Virus record (IMG/VR): IMGVR_UViG_3300005573_000104 | Span: 1 to 60,003 of that record | Direction: 5' to 3' (one strand) | Source: a virus | Taxonomy: Duplodnaviria; Caudoviricetes | Length of the DNA: 60,003 nucleotides | Shown here: positions 50,120 to 59,770 of the stretch, one piece after another | Layout of the letters: every line of letters starts with the position of its first letter | How positions within the stretch are numbered: the first letter of the stretch is position 1 | Translations under genes and position numbers: made by a program | The notes under the pieces: model-generated | What the model was told of the DNA's origin: nothing | The model's database searches: none | What the model saw: only the letters and a program-made list of their open reading frames with translations

Positions 50120-50420
50120 TAATGGGAAGCTAATAGATAATATAGTTACTATTAGTAAAAGTGAAGATGAAACCGGTTACATTGTTACTTTTCTCATTTA
50201 TTATCCAAGCTCTACCTGGTTATATAAGGTTGATTTTATTTCAGAGTACAACTATAACATGTGGTTAAAGAATAGATATTTGCAAGAGAATTTTGGTAGA
50301 AAATCAGCTTATATAAAAGCTCATGCTTTTGAAGCTCATAAGGTTGATGATTTTGAGAGAGATGAGTCTAAAATTCAATCAGATCTGATGATGTTTTTGA
50401 TGGATGCACTTTTAAGTTAG
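50091..50420 (+). CDS. hypothetical protein (start uncertain)
   Basis: ORF filling the gap between neighbours. Confidence 0.5.
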   Translation: MKNTEPKKNDNGKLIDNIVTISKSEDETGYIVTFLIYYPSSTWLYKVDFISEYNYNMWLKNRYLQENFGRKSAYIKAHAFEAHKVDDFERDESKIQSDLMMFLMDALLS

Positions 50421-50421
50421 T

Positions 50422-51282
50422 ATGATATTAACATTTGTATTGAAAAATTGGAAGTTAATAAGTATCGGTGCTATAGTATTTATAATTTTGGTTTATACTG
50501 ACTATAGGAATATTAAGACAATAGAAGATTTGAAAGTAAGGTTACAATCTCAGCAACAGGTTTATAATCAAAATCAAAAGGCTTATCAAGAAGAGATTAA
50601 TGAAAAAGCTGATAGTATTCAGATATTAACAAGTAGAGTTTTTGATTTGAATGCGGAAAATTCTGATTTGAGAAAGCAGTATAATGTTTACAAGCAGCAA
50701 GTTACTATTTTGATAGATAGTGTGAATTCAACAGGAAAAGCATTAGCTGGTCTTCTTACTGATTCTTCAGGAAATAAAATTGCTAGAGTTTCTTTTAGTG
50801 GAAATAAAAATATTTTTGAGTATTCTGGATATACAGACTATTATTTTCCCCCATCCACTTTGGGATCTGATTATAACATATCGATATCAACCAGACCATT
50901 TGATATTTATAATAAGCTCTATTACGATTTTAATGATAAAACTATTAAGATAAATACGACTACTGATGCTTCTGGTATTAAGTTTTTGGTTAATAATGCA
51001 ATAGATTCTTCAATATATACTGGTCTTGTTCAGACTATAGTAAAAACGAAAACAGAGAGGATTTATTCTACTCCTCCTATAGGATTATTATTTAAAGCCA
51101 ATCTTGGTCTTGGGTATGGTAATGTTAAGCTAACTAATGGTCAGTTCAATGTTATGATTGATGCTGATGTGGTTGGATACTATAAGCATATAAATATAGA
51201 TTGGCATCCTTTCCAGCAGTATATATCTGCTGGAGTATTTTATAATTTTGATATTGGACATTTTGTAAAATCTGTGTTTTAA
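50422..51282 (+). CDS. membrane-anchored coiled-coil protein (spanin-like candidate)
   Basis: N-terminal TM helix, coiled coil, beta-rich C-terminal region ending in F. Confidence 0.45.
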   Translation: MILTFVLKNWKLISIGAIVFIILVYTDYRNIKTIEDLKVRLQSQQQVYNQNQKAYQEEINEKADSIQILTSRVFDLNAENSDLRKQYNVYKQQVTILIDSVNSTGKALAGLLTDSSGNKIARVSFSGNKNIFEYSGYTDYYFPPSTLGSDYNISISTRPFDIYNKLYYDFNDKTIKINTTTDASGIKFLVNNAIDSSIYTGLVQTIVKTKTERIYSTPPIGLLFKANLGLGYGNVKLTNGQFNVMIDADVVGYYKHINIDWHPFQQYISAGVFYNFDIGHFVKSVF

Positions 51283-51286
51283 TAAT

Positions 51287-52108
51287 ATGTATAGAAGAAG
51301 ATTGTTAGACTTAATATCTAATGCCTCTAATAATCCTGGATCGATGACTATTGATGATCTAATAAATAAGATACTCAGTCTCGACGGTAATGTGAAGGTT
51401 AGTATTAAGATTAAGAAATCTACTAAGGAAGATGATGAGGATGAAAGTATTATAGAGAAAGAAGAAGACCAGCATCCTCTTATTTATTTGGTAAGGCATG
51501 GTGCTACTACAGACGTTGATAATAATGTACATGGTTGGTTAAATATTCCTTTGAGTGGAAAGGGTAAGGCAGAGGCTCAGGAAGTTGGTGAGAAACTTGC
51601 TAGTAATGATATTCATATCGATAGAATATATTCTTCAGATATGAAGCGTACTGAAGAGACGGCCAGGATAATAGGTAGTTATCTTGGAATAGATAAAATT
51701 ATTCCAGTCTTTGATCTTAGGTCCTGGAATTCTGGAGTTTACGAAGGTAAGCCAGTAAAGCAGAGTTTACCAGAGTTGCATAAGTATGTTGAGAATCCTA
51801 ATGAAAAAATTCCTGATGGAGAAAGTTTTAATGATTTTAGATACAGATTTCTTTCATATTTATCTGATATGATCTGGAGGGCTAAAAAGAATAATGAAGT
51901 ATATATGCTGGTAGCTCACTATAGAAATCTAAAGATAACTAAGGCATGGATTGCCCAGGGAGCTGAGAATTCTTTTGATATTGATACTAAGGATTTTCTT
52001 GAGTATGACCCAGATATAAGTCCTACATCGGTTTTTGTTTTGTTTGAAGATGAGGATGGTGATCTTCATATGGAAGAGCTTCTTCCTAAAGAAGAAGAAG
52101 TTAAGTAA
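51287..52108 (+). CDS. histidine phosphatase (PGM family) with N-terminal extension
   Basis: LVRHG, IYSSD..R..ET, PDGES, LVAH. Confidence 0.88.
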   Translation: MYRRRLLDLISNASNNPGSMTIDDLINKILSLDGNVKVSIKIKKSTKEDDEDESIIEKEEDQHPLIYLVRHGATTDVDNNVHGWLNIPLSGKGKAEAQEVGEKLASNDIHIDRIYSSDMKRTEETARIIGSYLGIDKIIPVFDLRSWNSGVYEGKPVKQSLPELHKYVENPNEKIPDGESFNDFRYRFLSYLSDMIWRAKKNNEVYMLVAHYRNLKITKAWIAQGAENSFDIDTKDFLEYDPDISPTSVFVLFEDEDGDLHMEELLPKEEEVK

Positions 52109-52184
52109 TTACTTTTTATTTAATTTTTACTGAGTTTGAATTTTGTGTGCACACATTTAAAAACAAATATGGAGTAAATGTAAA

Positions 52185-52460
52185 ATGTTCTATTTAAGGG
52201 TAAATCAGAGTGCAGTTACCAGTACTGTACAGAGTAAGATAGCTGGTCTTAAAGATTCTTCAATAAAGTTGGTAGGGATGCCTTTTGGTCCTTCTATAGT
52301 AGAGGGAACAAATGATTCTGCTGTTGCTAAAGCATTTGTAGCTTTGCAGAGTCAACTGGCTGATGGTAATATGGTAGATGCTTTTGGTAGCTTTGGTGGT
52401 CAGCATCTTCATCAGAAGAGTCTGCCAGTTAATGGAACGTATACCACTTATTTTCAGTGA
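52185..52460 (+). CDS. small hypothetical protein, paralog of 52586..52903
   Basis: Shared MF...KxVGxPFGP...TNDS. Confidence 0.65.
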   Translation: MFYLRVNQSAVTSTVQSKIAGLKDSSIKLVGMPFGPSIVEGTNDSAVAKAFVALQSQLADGNMVDAFGSFGGQHLHQKSLPVNGTYTTYFQ

Positions 52461-52483
52461 GTATTTGGTTTATAGTTTTTAGG

Positions 52484-52558
52484 CTAAATGTCTAGCTCGG
52501 ACATTTAGTGCTTGCCTCCAACTGGCACCATGGTGATAACGGTAAGCTATGGTGCCAG
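52484..52558. other. twin stem-loop element
   Basis: CTAAATGTC/GACATTTAG (52484-52508) and CTGGCACCAT/ATGGTGCCAG (52522-52558). Confidence 0.65.
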
Positions 52559-52585
52559 CGAATTTTAATGTTATAGGAGATTCTT

Positions 52586-52903
52586 ATGTTTACATTTGAT
52601 ATAAAAATGACTACAGTTTCAGATCAGAATATAAAGAGTTGCCAGAATATTGCTGCTACTTCTTCTCTGAATCTGAAGGTAGTTGGTACTCCATTTGGTC
52701 CTTATCAGGTTAGAAGTACCACGCCTACCAATGATAGTAATTATGGTAATGCTGTAGCATTATTACATGGTCTTATAAATAAAGGATCTGATACTCATAG
52801 TGCTATAATTGTTGGAAATATTGTTAATTCAGCATTGCAGATCTCTTTTTCCCCATCTAGCATTACACCAGTAAATAACTGGTGGTTTCCTGCAATAACA
52901 TAA
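52586..52903 (+). CDS. small hypothetical protein, paralog of 52185..52460
   Basis: AGGAG RBS; shared motifs. Confidence 0.65.
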   Translation: MFTFDIKMTTVSDQNIKSCQNIAATSSLNLKVVGTPFGPYQVRSTTPTNDSNYGNAVALLHGLINKGSDTHSAIIVGNIVNSALQISFSPSSITPVNNWWFPAIT

Positions 52904-52918
52904 AATAGGATAAGAAGT

Positions 52919-53818
52919 ATGAAATCTGTAAATAAACACGAGGTTAGATCTTATATTAGAGATCTTATCGGTAAGAATAAATCAGAAGATGAAATAGTGT
53001 CAGAGATAACTAAAATGTTTGGTCTTTCACCATATGAAGCACATCAGGAGTATGCCCACGTTACTAAATATGAGTCAGTTAAGAGATATGAATCAATTAA
53101 AAATATACTGTTGAAGTATGCAAGTGGGAAGATAGATATTGATGAGACTGTTGATATAATAATGTCTGAACAATTTGGTAATCAGGATGAGTATCCTCAA
53201 AATTTTGCTACTAAGTATGGTCATAAGACAGATGCTTATATGAATTCTGAGGAAGTTCCTGATATTGATAATTCCTCTGTTACTCCTGGAGAATTTCATA
53301 AGTGGCTTAGTAAAATGTTGAAGGGACGTAAGGGTGGAAGATTACGAAAGACTGAGGATGTAAATGATACTAATTATGATTCGATGTGGAATAATCTTAC
53401 TCCATCTGAGAAGAAAGCTATGATTACCGGAGTATTGATGAAGAAGAAAGAGTTAGCTAAGGGAGCTGAACCTAATACGGTTGCTAGTAAATATTCTCAA
53501 TATTCCTGGAGTGGTATCCCTCAGGATATTCGTAAGGAGATAGTTGGTGAATCTGAAGAAAATGAAGATGCTTATCAATCGCCATTTGAGCTTCCTGGTG
53601 GTTACGATAACCCAGAAGATTATGGAGCAGAGACTCCAGGAGAAGAGGGAGCAGCCAGGGCTCTTGGTAATAAGTCTGGTGATTTGAAAGTTGGTGACTA
53701 TGTTAATACTCCAGATGGCTCTGGTATTGTTAGTTATATAGATTCAGAAACAGATAAAGTTATTGTTGAGTTATCTGATGGTACTAAGAAAGCTTATGAT
53801 AGGAGTGTGGTTGGTTGA
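52919..53818 (+). CDS. putative head-associated protein with C-terminal KOW/SH3-like domain
   Basis: Modular and acidic; LKVGDYV.TPDG.GIV..ID. Confidence 0.5.
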   Translation: MKSVNKHEVRSYIRDLIGKNKSEDEIVSEITKMFGLSPYEAHQEYAHVTKYESVKRYESIKNILLKYASGKIDIDETVDIIMSEQFGNQDEYPQNFATKYGHKTDAYMNSEEVPDIDNSSVTPGEFHKWLSKMLKGRKGGRLRKTEDVNDTNYDSMWNNLTPSEKKAMITGVLMKKKELAKGAEPNTVASKYSQYSWSGIPQDIRKEIVGESEENEDAYQSPFELPGGYDNPEDYGAETPGEEGAARALGNKSGDLKVGDYVNTPDGSGIVSYIDSETDKVIVELSDGTKKAYDRSVVG

Positions 53819-53913
53819 TGGAGTTAGTTATAATTTCATCTATAGAAAGTGAGCTTGTAATAGATTCCAGTATAACTCAAGAGCTTGTTATAAATTCATC
53901 AATTAGTGAATAA
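53818..53913 (+). CDS. 31 aa peptide built from three 10 aa repeats
   Basis: M-ELVIISSIES-ELVIDSSITQ-ELVINSSISE; TGATG and TAATG overlaps with both neighbours. Confidence 0.65.
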   Translation: MELVIISSIESELVIDSSITQELVINSSISE

Positions 53914-54242
53914 TGCCTATAGTTTATACAGATCCTTTTATAGTCGGATCAACAATAATCTGTTCAATAAGTATTTACCAGAATGGGCTTTTATATGATC
54001 CTTCAACTTCTGTTACAATTTCAATAATTGATCCTACTGGGACTCCAGTTGTTAGTAATCAAGTAATGATTAGAGATTCCGTTGGAGTTTATCACTATAA
54101 TTTTCAGACTACTGGAATTATAGTTTTTGGAGTGTATACTGTGATCTACACTGCTACTGATGGATCAATGGTCTCTATTCAGAATGATAATTTTAAGCTA
54201 TTAAATGTTAATAGTTTTATTGGTTCTAATATAAATCTTTAG
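53913..54242 (+). CDS. Ig-like beta-rich virion protein candidate
   Basis: ISIIDPTG...GVYHYNF...GVYTV.Y pattern. Confidence 0.5.
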   Translation: MPIVYTDPFIVGSTIICSISIYQNGLLYDPSTSVTISIIDPTGTPVVSNQVMIRDSVGVYHYNFQTTGIIVFGVYTVIYTATDGSMVSIQNDNFKLLNVNSFIGSNINL

Positions 54243-54306
54243 CTCAGGCCAGTTGGGCGATTTGACACAAGGACTCTTAGTCGTCCAACTGGTTAATTTT
54301 AGTGAG

Positions 54307-55239
54307 ATGATAGATATAGATAATATAGTATACGACATACTGAGTGAGAAGTTAATCAAGCTCCCAGATTCTATTGAGAAAACTATTGTAGTAGATATAG
54401 ATGGTGTTGTATATGAAATATTGAAAGAGAATTTGATCAAGCTTCCAAATTCCCTTATTGAGAAGATATCCAGCTGGATTTGGGAATCTTTATTAAGAGA
54501 AAGTTATTATAAGTCTGTTGATTATCTTAAAGACCACAGGGATCTTGCTACTAATATTAACTATACTAAAATGTTTGATTTCTACAATAAGCAGTTTAGA
54601 AAGATAGGATCCAGACCAGATGAGCCAAGAGATTTTTTTATTAAGAAGACGTTTATGTTTGATGCAGAGGATGTTCCCGATGATTATGCTGGTAAGATAG
54701 AAACTCCTAGAAAGATACAGGTTGTTTTAGATACTAGATATCTAACAAAGATGGGAGGTACGTATCCTGGTAATCCGATAAAGATTATAATGAGATTTGA
54801 CAGGGATAGGATTCTTGGTTTATATGATGATATATCAAATGGTTATTCAGGTGAGGATAAAGTATTATCTTCATTAAGAAGTTATTATGGTGAGTTGAGA
54901 GAAGTTCTTGAGCATGAGTTTACCCACGTTATGCAAATTCTTAATCCTAAGCTTTTTAAGAAGGAGTGGGATAAGACAGTTGATATGTTTGGAGAAATAG
55001 AGCAAAAAGCATATGCTAGAGATCTTTATAATGAAATAATAAAGTATATTGATACAAATAGTAGAGGAAGACTATCTTCTGATGATTTTTATAGAATAGT
55101 TAATGGTTATCTACTCTATGATACCAATCCGGTGAAATGGATTGTTAGGCTAAGAGACAGGGATGAGTCTTCTTTTAAAAAGATTGTAAAATCTTTGTAT
55201 AAGGAACTTGATAAGGAAGGACTGATATATGATATCTAA
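54307..55239 (+). CDS. zincin-type metallopeptidase candidate with duplicated N-terminal segment
   Basis: HEFTH (HExxH) plus downstream EQKAY; DIDxxVYxILxExLIKLPxS occurs twice. Confidence 0.6.
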   Translation: MIDIDNIVYDILSEKLIKLPDSIEKTIVVDIDGVVYEILKENLIKLPNSLIEKISSWIWESLLRESYYKSVDYLKDHRDLATNINYTKMFDFYNKQFRKIGSRPDEPRDFFIKKTFMFDAEDVPDDYAGKIETPRKIQVVLDTRYLTKMGGTYPGNPIKIIMRFDRDRILGLYDDISNGYSGEDKVLSSLRSYYGELREVLEHEFTHVMQILNPKLFKKEWDKTVDMFGEIEQKAYARDLYNEIIKYIDTNSRGRLSSDDFYRIVNGYLLYDTNPVKWIVRLRDRDESSFKKIVKSLYKELDKEGLIYDI

Positions 55240-56179
55240 TATATCTTTTAAAGAGTTAGTAGAAAGATATGGACTTGAGAGAGCCACTGAAATTTTTAGG
55301 GAAGGGGAAGAACTATCAAGACGGCTTATTGATATGTTTGTTACTACTGGCAAGGTCGATATGGATACTCTTAAGAAGATAGCCGATATAGATCCAACAG
55401 GCAATAAGAAATATGTTCCATGGCTTGTTAAGATGTATATTAAGGACAAAGAAAGTTTTGATTTTGATCATCTTATTAGCATAATTCCTGAATTTGATGC
55501 CCTGGTAAAGAGTGGTTATATTGAATCACAGGATAGGGATATAAACAGGTTTGGGTCGATACAAGAGCTTATTGATATTGTTAATGATGCTAATAATAGG
55601 AAATCAGCATCTGTAAGTTCTTTGTCAAAAGATTTTGAAGTAGTAAGAGATGATGAAGATTTTCTTGTAGTTGTTCCTCATTCCCATGAAGCTTCTAGAA
55701 AGCTTGGGCTTAAGTATTTTTCAAACTTTGATAGGGATGATGTTAAGGATGATGAGAGGAATAATTGTACCTGGTGTACAACTTACAAAACCTCTGCTCA
55801 TTGGAATAATTATTATAATAAACAGATACTTACTCTTTATTATATCTTGGCCAGAAATCCTGATATTGCTAAAAAATTAAAAGCCAGGGTGTCTCCATAT
55901 GCTGATAAAATGGCTGTTGTTGTCTATACAGATGGAAGGTTCGAGTTGTGGGATGGGGATTACCCAAAGAACAAAAGAATGAATAGTGAACAGGTGAAGG
56001 CTTATATGGATATTACTGGCTACTCTAATCTTATGGTGGGGGATACCGTTGAAGTTCCTGGTGGTAAGAAAGGTGTTGTTGACGAGATAGATTCTGAAAA
56101 CTATACTGCTACTGTTAAGTTTAGAAACGGTAAAGTAGAGGTTTTCAATGTTAATGATTTAAAAAAGATATCTAAATAA
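55229..56179 (+). CDS. phage protein with C-terminal KOW/SH3-like domain
   Basis: DPTGNKKY.PWL, RDINRF and TWCTT motifs recalled from large-phage proteins; VGDTVEVPGG..GVV. Confidence 0.55.
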   Translation: MISNISFKELVERYGLERATEIFREGEELSRRLIDMFVTTGKVDMDTLKKIADIDPTGNKKYVPWLVKMYIKDKESFDFDHLISIIPEFDALVKSGYIESQDRDINRFGSIQELIDIVNDANNRKSASVSSLSKDFEVVRDDEDFLVVVPHSHEASRKLGLKYFSNFDRDDVKDDERNNCTWCTTYKTSAHWNNYYNKQILTLYYILARNPDIAKKLKARVSPYADKMAVVVYTDGRFELWDGDYPKNKRMNSEQVKAYMDITGYSNLMVGDTVEVPGGKKGVVDEIDSENYTATVKFRNGKVEVFNVNDLKKISK

Positions 56180-56196
56180 AAACAGTGGAGCTATAT

Positions 56197-56484
56197 ATGA
56201 AGAATATCTTATTAAAGCTGAAAAACTTTATGTTATGGGTATATTCAAAGGAGCCAGCATTTCTACTTGAGAACGGGTGGTTTAATGAATCTCTTGCTGG
56301 ATTTGTTGGTGGTCTATTCTTTATGTTAATATTTGGTGGATCACTGTTGTGGACATTTATAGTATTTAATATCATTAGCGTTTTGTATGAGACAGTTATT
56401 GATCCAAACGGCTGGGATATAGAAGATGTATTGATGAGAGTTCCAGCATTGGTTTTAGCTATGACTTTATGGAAATTATTATAG
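56197..56484 (+). CDS. small membrane protein
   Basis: Multiple hydrophobic segments. Confidence 0.55.
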   Translation: MKNILLKLKNFMLWVYSKEPAFLLENGWFNESLAGFVGGLFFMLIFGGSLLWTFIVFNIISVLYETVIDPNGWDIEDVLMRVPALVLAMTLWKLL

Positions 56485-56492
56485 GATAAAAA

Positions 56493-57803
56493 ATGAAAAA
56501 GATTAGAGAGCTATTGAAGAGTGGTCTATCTTCTGACCAGATTGTTAAGAAAATCCTTGAGGGGGAAGAGACTGAGCCGGATGTTGCTCCTCCTCCTACA
56601 AAGACGGAGCCAGATGAACCTGAAAAGTCTCCTAGTAAAAAAACTAAACCAAATCCATTTCGTAAGCCAGGTATCGAGCCAGGTACTGAACCACAGCCGA
56701 AAGCCCTTCCAGTAAAGTATCCTACACATATTAAGGCCAGGATGCATCCGAAGGTTCAGAAGGATATAGATACTGGTAATAATCCCTATTCAAAGCTGGG
56801 ATTGGCCAGTGATGAGTTTTTAGCTGATATTTCTTCAAAACATTTTGCTGATATAGTAGAGGCTATTGAGAAATATTCTGGTATAGATGTTAAATCAGTG
56901 GCAGATATTGCTCCAGCTTTGCAGATTATAGTTAGTAATATTGAAGATATAGAATCAAATTATAGGGATATTCTCGAAGCAGTAGCTGTTGACCTTGTGA
57001 AAAAGCATTTTGGTATTGAAGATGATGAGGTAGAATTTGATGCAAAGATTAGTAGTCATGTAGATCTTGGTGATGTTAAATTAAAAGGTACTGATCTCAA
57101 TAAGCTTTCTAAAGATATTGAGCATTTTGATACTACCCTTGAAATGGCAAAACGTAAGTTTGTTAACGGATTGATTCAGGGGGCGGCTATAAATAGCCTG
57201 AATATGTATCATCTTGTTAAGGAAGACTTAGATAAGATAGATCCTGATTTATTGGATATGTACGGATTGCTTTCAGCACTGGCTGAATTTGGTTACTGGG
57301 TAGTTCCTGATCTTGAAGCTATTGGTGGTGCTCCTGGTGATAGTCATTCTGGTGGAAAGTCTAGAATTGATCTTAGTGGTGATAAACCAAAGATAATAGC
57401 TGTTGGTAAAAACTTTCCGATACTTGTTCAAGAGTTAGTAAAAGGCGTTATGGAATTACTATCTACTCACGGACTACCAAAAGATCCTAATGTCAGGAAG
57501 AAAGTTTTGAATGATGTTGACTCACTCGCTGGTGAATTCTGGGATATAAGGTTTGGTCCTAAGATATGGAAAAAGATTTTATCTTCTCTTGAGGGTGAAT
57601 ATAACCCCAGAGCTGTTAGTTTATTTTATACTGAGCTAGTCCAGCTTGAGCCATATGAGTTTAAGGATCTTATGAGAAGACTTTTGGATAATAAGCCAGA
57701 TGCAATAAAGAAGATTAATGATATGTACAATAAGGCTCTTGATGATTTGAAGGAAGAATCATTTAAGCTTTTCGATCCTATTCTAAAAAGATTATTAAGT
57801 TAA
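56493..57803 (+). CDS. large phage protein with Pro-rich N-terminal linker (putative head-associated)
   Basis: Short helical leader ending ILEGE, P/E/K-rich linker, globular domain with ELVKGVME and WDIRFGP. Confidence 0.55.
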   Translation: MKKIRELLKSGLSSDQIVKKILEGEETEPDVAPPPTKTEPDEPEKSPSKKTKPNPFRKPGIEPGTEPQPKALPVKYPTHIKARMHPKVQKDIDTGNNPYSKLGLASDEFLADISSKHFADIVEAIEKYSGIDVKSVADIAPALQIIVSNIEDIESNYRDILEAVAVDLVKKHFGIEDDEVEFDAKISSHVDLGDVKLKGTDLNKLSKDIEHFDTTLEMAKRKFVNGLIQGAAINSLNMYHLVKEDLDKIDPDLLDMYGLLSALAEFGYWVVPDLEAIGGAPGDSHSGGKSRIDLSGDKPKIIAVGKNFPILVQELVKGVMELLSTHGLPKDPNVRKKVLNDVDSLAGEFWDIRFGPKIWKKILSSLEGEYNPRAVSLFYTELVQLEPYEFKDLMRRLLDNKPDAIKKINDMYNKALDDLKEESFKLFDPILKRLLS

Positions 57804-57818
57804 TAGGAGATTTGATAA

Positions 57819-58634
57819 ATGCAATATCTTGATCCTGCAATGAATTTTTCAGTTGTTACTGTATCCCAGGGATATGGTAATACTGATACTGTTATAGCTC
57901 TTGGAACAGGTCAGGGGGCTATGTTATTAAATCCTGCTGTTGTTGGAGCTTATAACGGTGTATGGTATAACTCAACTGACTATCCAGATATAATTTCTGA
58001 TCCTTATAAAGAGATAATAAGGGTAGTTGCTATAAATGGTGATTCAATAACTATTTTGAGGGGTCAAGAGAATAGTGGGGTATTTTACCACAATACTTCT
58101 GGTAAAGTTTATCAAATTGCATTTGGTATAACAGCTAAGTTTAGAAATGATATTGAATCAGCTCTTGAGTCTCTGTCAAGTGCAAACTCCTCTTTTTTAA
58201 GTGGTTTTATACAGGTTACTAATAGTTCTACTTTAACTTCAGGTACAAATACTACTTACACATTCCCTCCATTTCCAGTTAGCTTCTTAGAAGTTAAGAT
58301 CTATGTTGATGCCTTTCCTGGTACTACAGGTTCTGGATATCAGCTTGGTATTTCTTATAGTTCAGCAAACCAGACTATTGAGGTTATTAAGAAATCTATT
58401 TTTGGTAGTTCTGTTGTTGAGAGTTATAACAAGTATTCAAGCGGAACATCTGGTCTTCAAGTTACTACTATTGATCAGAACCCTACAGCCTCAGGAAGCG
58501 GAATTATAGAAGTTACTTTGTTATTTTCTAATCCCTCACCCTCTTCTACTCTTACCTTTTATGCTGCTCAGTATACTCCTGTCAATGTTACTCAACAGTT
58601 TAATACCAACGCTATAATGCGGTGGTATAGATGA
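57819..58634 (+). CDS. putative virion structural protein
   Basis: S/T/G-rich and beta-rich; EIIRV....GD.ITILRGQE tail-protein-like motif. Confidence 0.55.
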   Translation: MQYLDPAMNFSVVTVSQGYGNTDTVIALGTGQGAMLLNPAVVGAYNGVWYNSTDYPDIISDPYKEIIRVVAINGDSITILRGQENSGVFYHNTSGKVYQIAFGITAKFRNDIESALESLSSANSSFLSGFIQVTNSSTLTSGTNTTYTFPPFPVSFLEVKIYVDAFPGTTGSGYQLGISYSSANQTIEVIKKSIFGSSVVESYNKYSSGTSGLQVTTIDQNPTASGSGIIEVTLLFSNPSPSSTLTFYAAQYTPVNVTQQFNTNAIMRWYR

Positions 58635-58710
58635 GATTCATAATTAAACTAATAAATTAATAAACTAATTAAATAATCAACTTATGATACTAGAGAGGAT
58701 TATTTGGATT

Positions 58711-59025
58711 ATGGAACCGTGGCGCACCATAATAGAAGTATTATTAACAGCAATGATTGGTCTCAATGTTCTTATAATTAAGGGATTGTTTACTCGTGTT
58801 GGAAATGTTGAAGAGAGTTTCCAAGATCATATTTTTACACAAAATGAAGATCTTAGTAATATTAATGATAAACTGAAGTCTGTTCGTGATAATTATATTG
58901 ATAGATTTGCTGAGGTTAATGCTAATGTGTCTGCAGTAAAAGAAGAGTTGCTTAAAGAGCTTAGTGAAATAAAAGTAGCTATAGCTAAGTTACAGACATT
59001 CAATGAGACTATTAAGAAGAATTAA
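58711..59025 (+). CDS. single-TM coiled-coil protein (holin/antiholin-like)
   Basis: N-terminal TM followed by a coiled coil. Confidence 0.45.
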   Translation: MEPWRTIIEVLLTAMIGLNVLIIKGLFTRVGNVEESFQDHIFTQNEDLSNINDKLKSVRDNYIDRFAEVNANVSAVKEELLKELSEIKVAIAKLQTFNETIKKN

Positions 59026-59199
59026 TAGGAATTCTCTGTCAGTGTTTCCAAGGCCAATTCCCCTTGTCTATTCTTCTTCAGGGCGTTTAGTTAAAAATTG
59101 GTCATATTTTGACCCTTTTATAAGCTATAACAAAGTCATTTTTACTCTTTAAAGTTACTTTAGATATTTAAACAACCTTAAAATAAATAGGTATATATT

Positions 59200-59637
59200 A
59201 TGAATTATTCAGACTTAATAGTCACTCTTATCCAGCTGGCAATCTTTTCTGTTTTTGTAACATCTCTAATAGAGGTTATAAAGAGTATATCAGCTATAGG
59301 ATTCTTTAATATGATAAAAGAGTTCTTTGCTACTCTTATGTCTAATAAGCCTATGTCATCTGAGAGTTTCCCTGTATTAAATTATGTTATATCATTACTC
59401 TTTTGCTGGGCTTTTAATACTACCATCATGGCTCATATTCTTAGTAATTATGGTGGATTCCAATCTACGTTATCACATAGTCAACAACTATTTTCAAAGT
59501 GGTTAGACTATCTTAGTACTGCAGCTGTGATATATAAGGGTAGTGATATTATGTTTAAGAAGTTTATAAATGTAATAGAGGAGAGTAAAGACCTTAAGAG
59601 TGCAATTGAATCAACAGAACCCCCTGTTAGTAAGTAA
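59200..59637 (+). CDS. holin-like membrane protein
   Basis: Two to three hydrophobic helices and a charged C-terminal tail. Confidence 0.5.
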   Translation: MNYSDLIVTLIQLAIFSVFVTSLIEVIKSISAIGFFNMIKEFFATLMSNKPMSSESFPVLNYVISLLFCWAFNTTIMAHILSNYGGFQSTLSHSQQLFSKWLDYLSTAAVIYKGSDIMFKKFINVIEESKDLKSAIESTEPPVSK

Positions 59638-59699
59638 TACTATTAAGGTGGTTATTAAGATTTGTATTAGTCGTTGTTATGGTTATAATAATAATTTAC

Positions 59700-59770
59700 A
59701 GGCTTCCAGCCAGAAAGCCCCTTACTTTAGTGGGGGAAGGAAAAACATCAATACTATTTTAGACAGAGAC
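59700..59770 (+). mobile_element. relic of the IS605-type element at 556-1803
   Basis: 59696-59732 is identical to 552-588 (37 nt including TTAC); 59750-59770 is identical to tnpB 1673-1693 (21 nt). Confidence 0.85.

Noticed and set aside
641-56747. Minus-strand ORFs in the ORF track (e.g. 641-1657, 10236-10682, 28696-29046, 36671-37144) and short + strand ORFs nested in other frames
   Set aside because: They overlap well-supported + strand genes and show no recognisable motifs; treated as shadow ORFs
59026-59199. Pyrimidine-rich gap between the two holin-like genes as a reverse-strand gene or ncRNA
   Set aside because: Only short broken minus-strand frames and weak hairpins; nothing supportable
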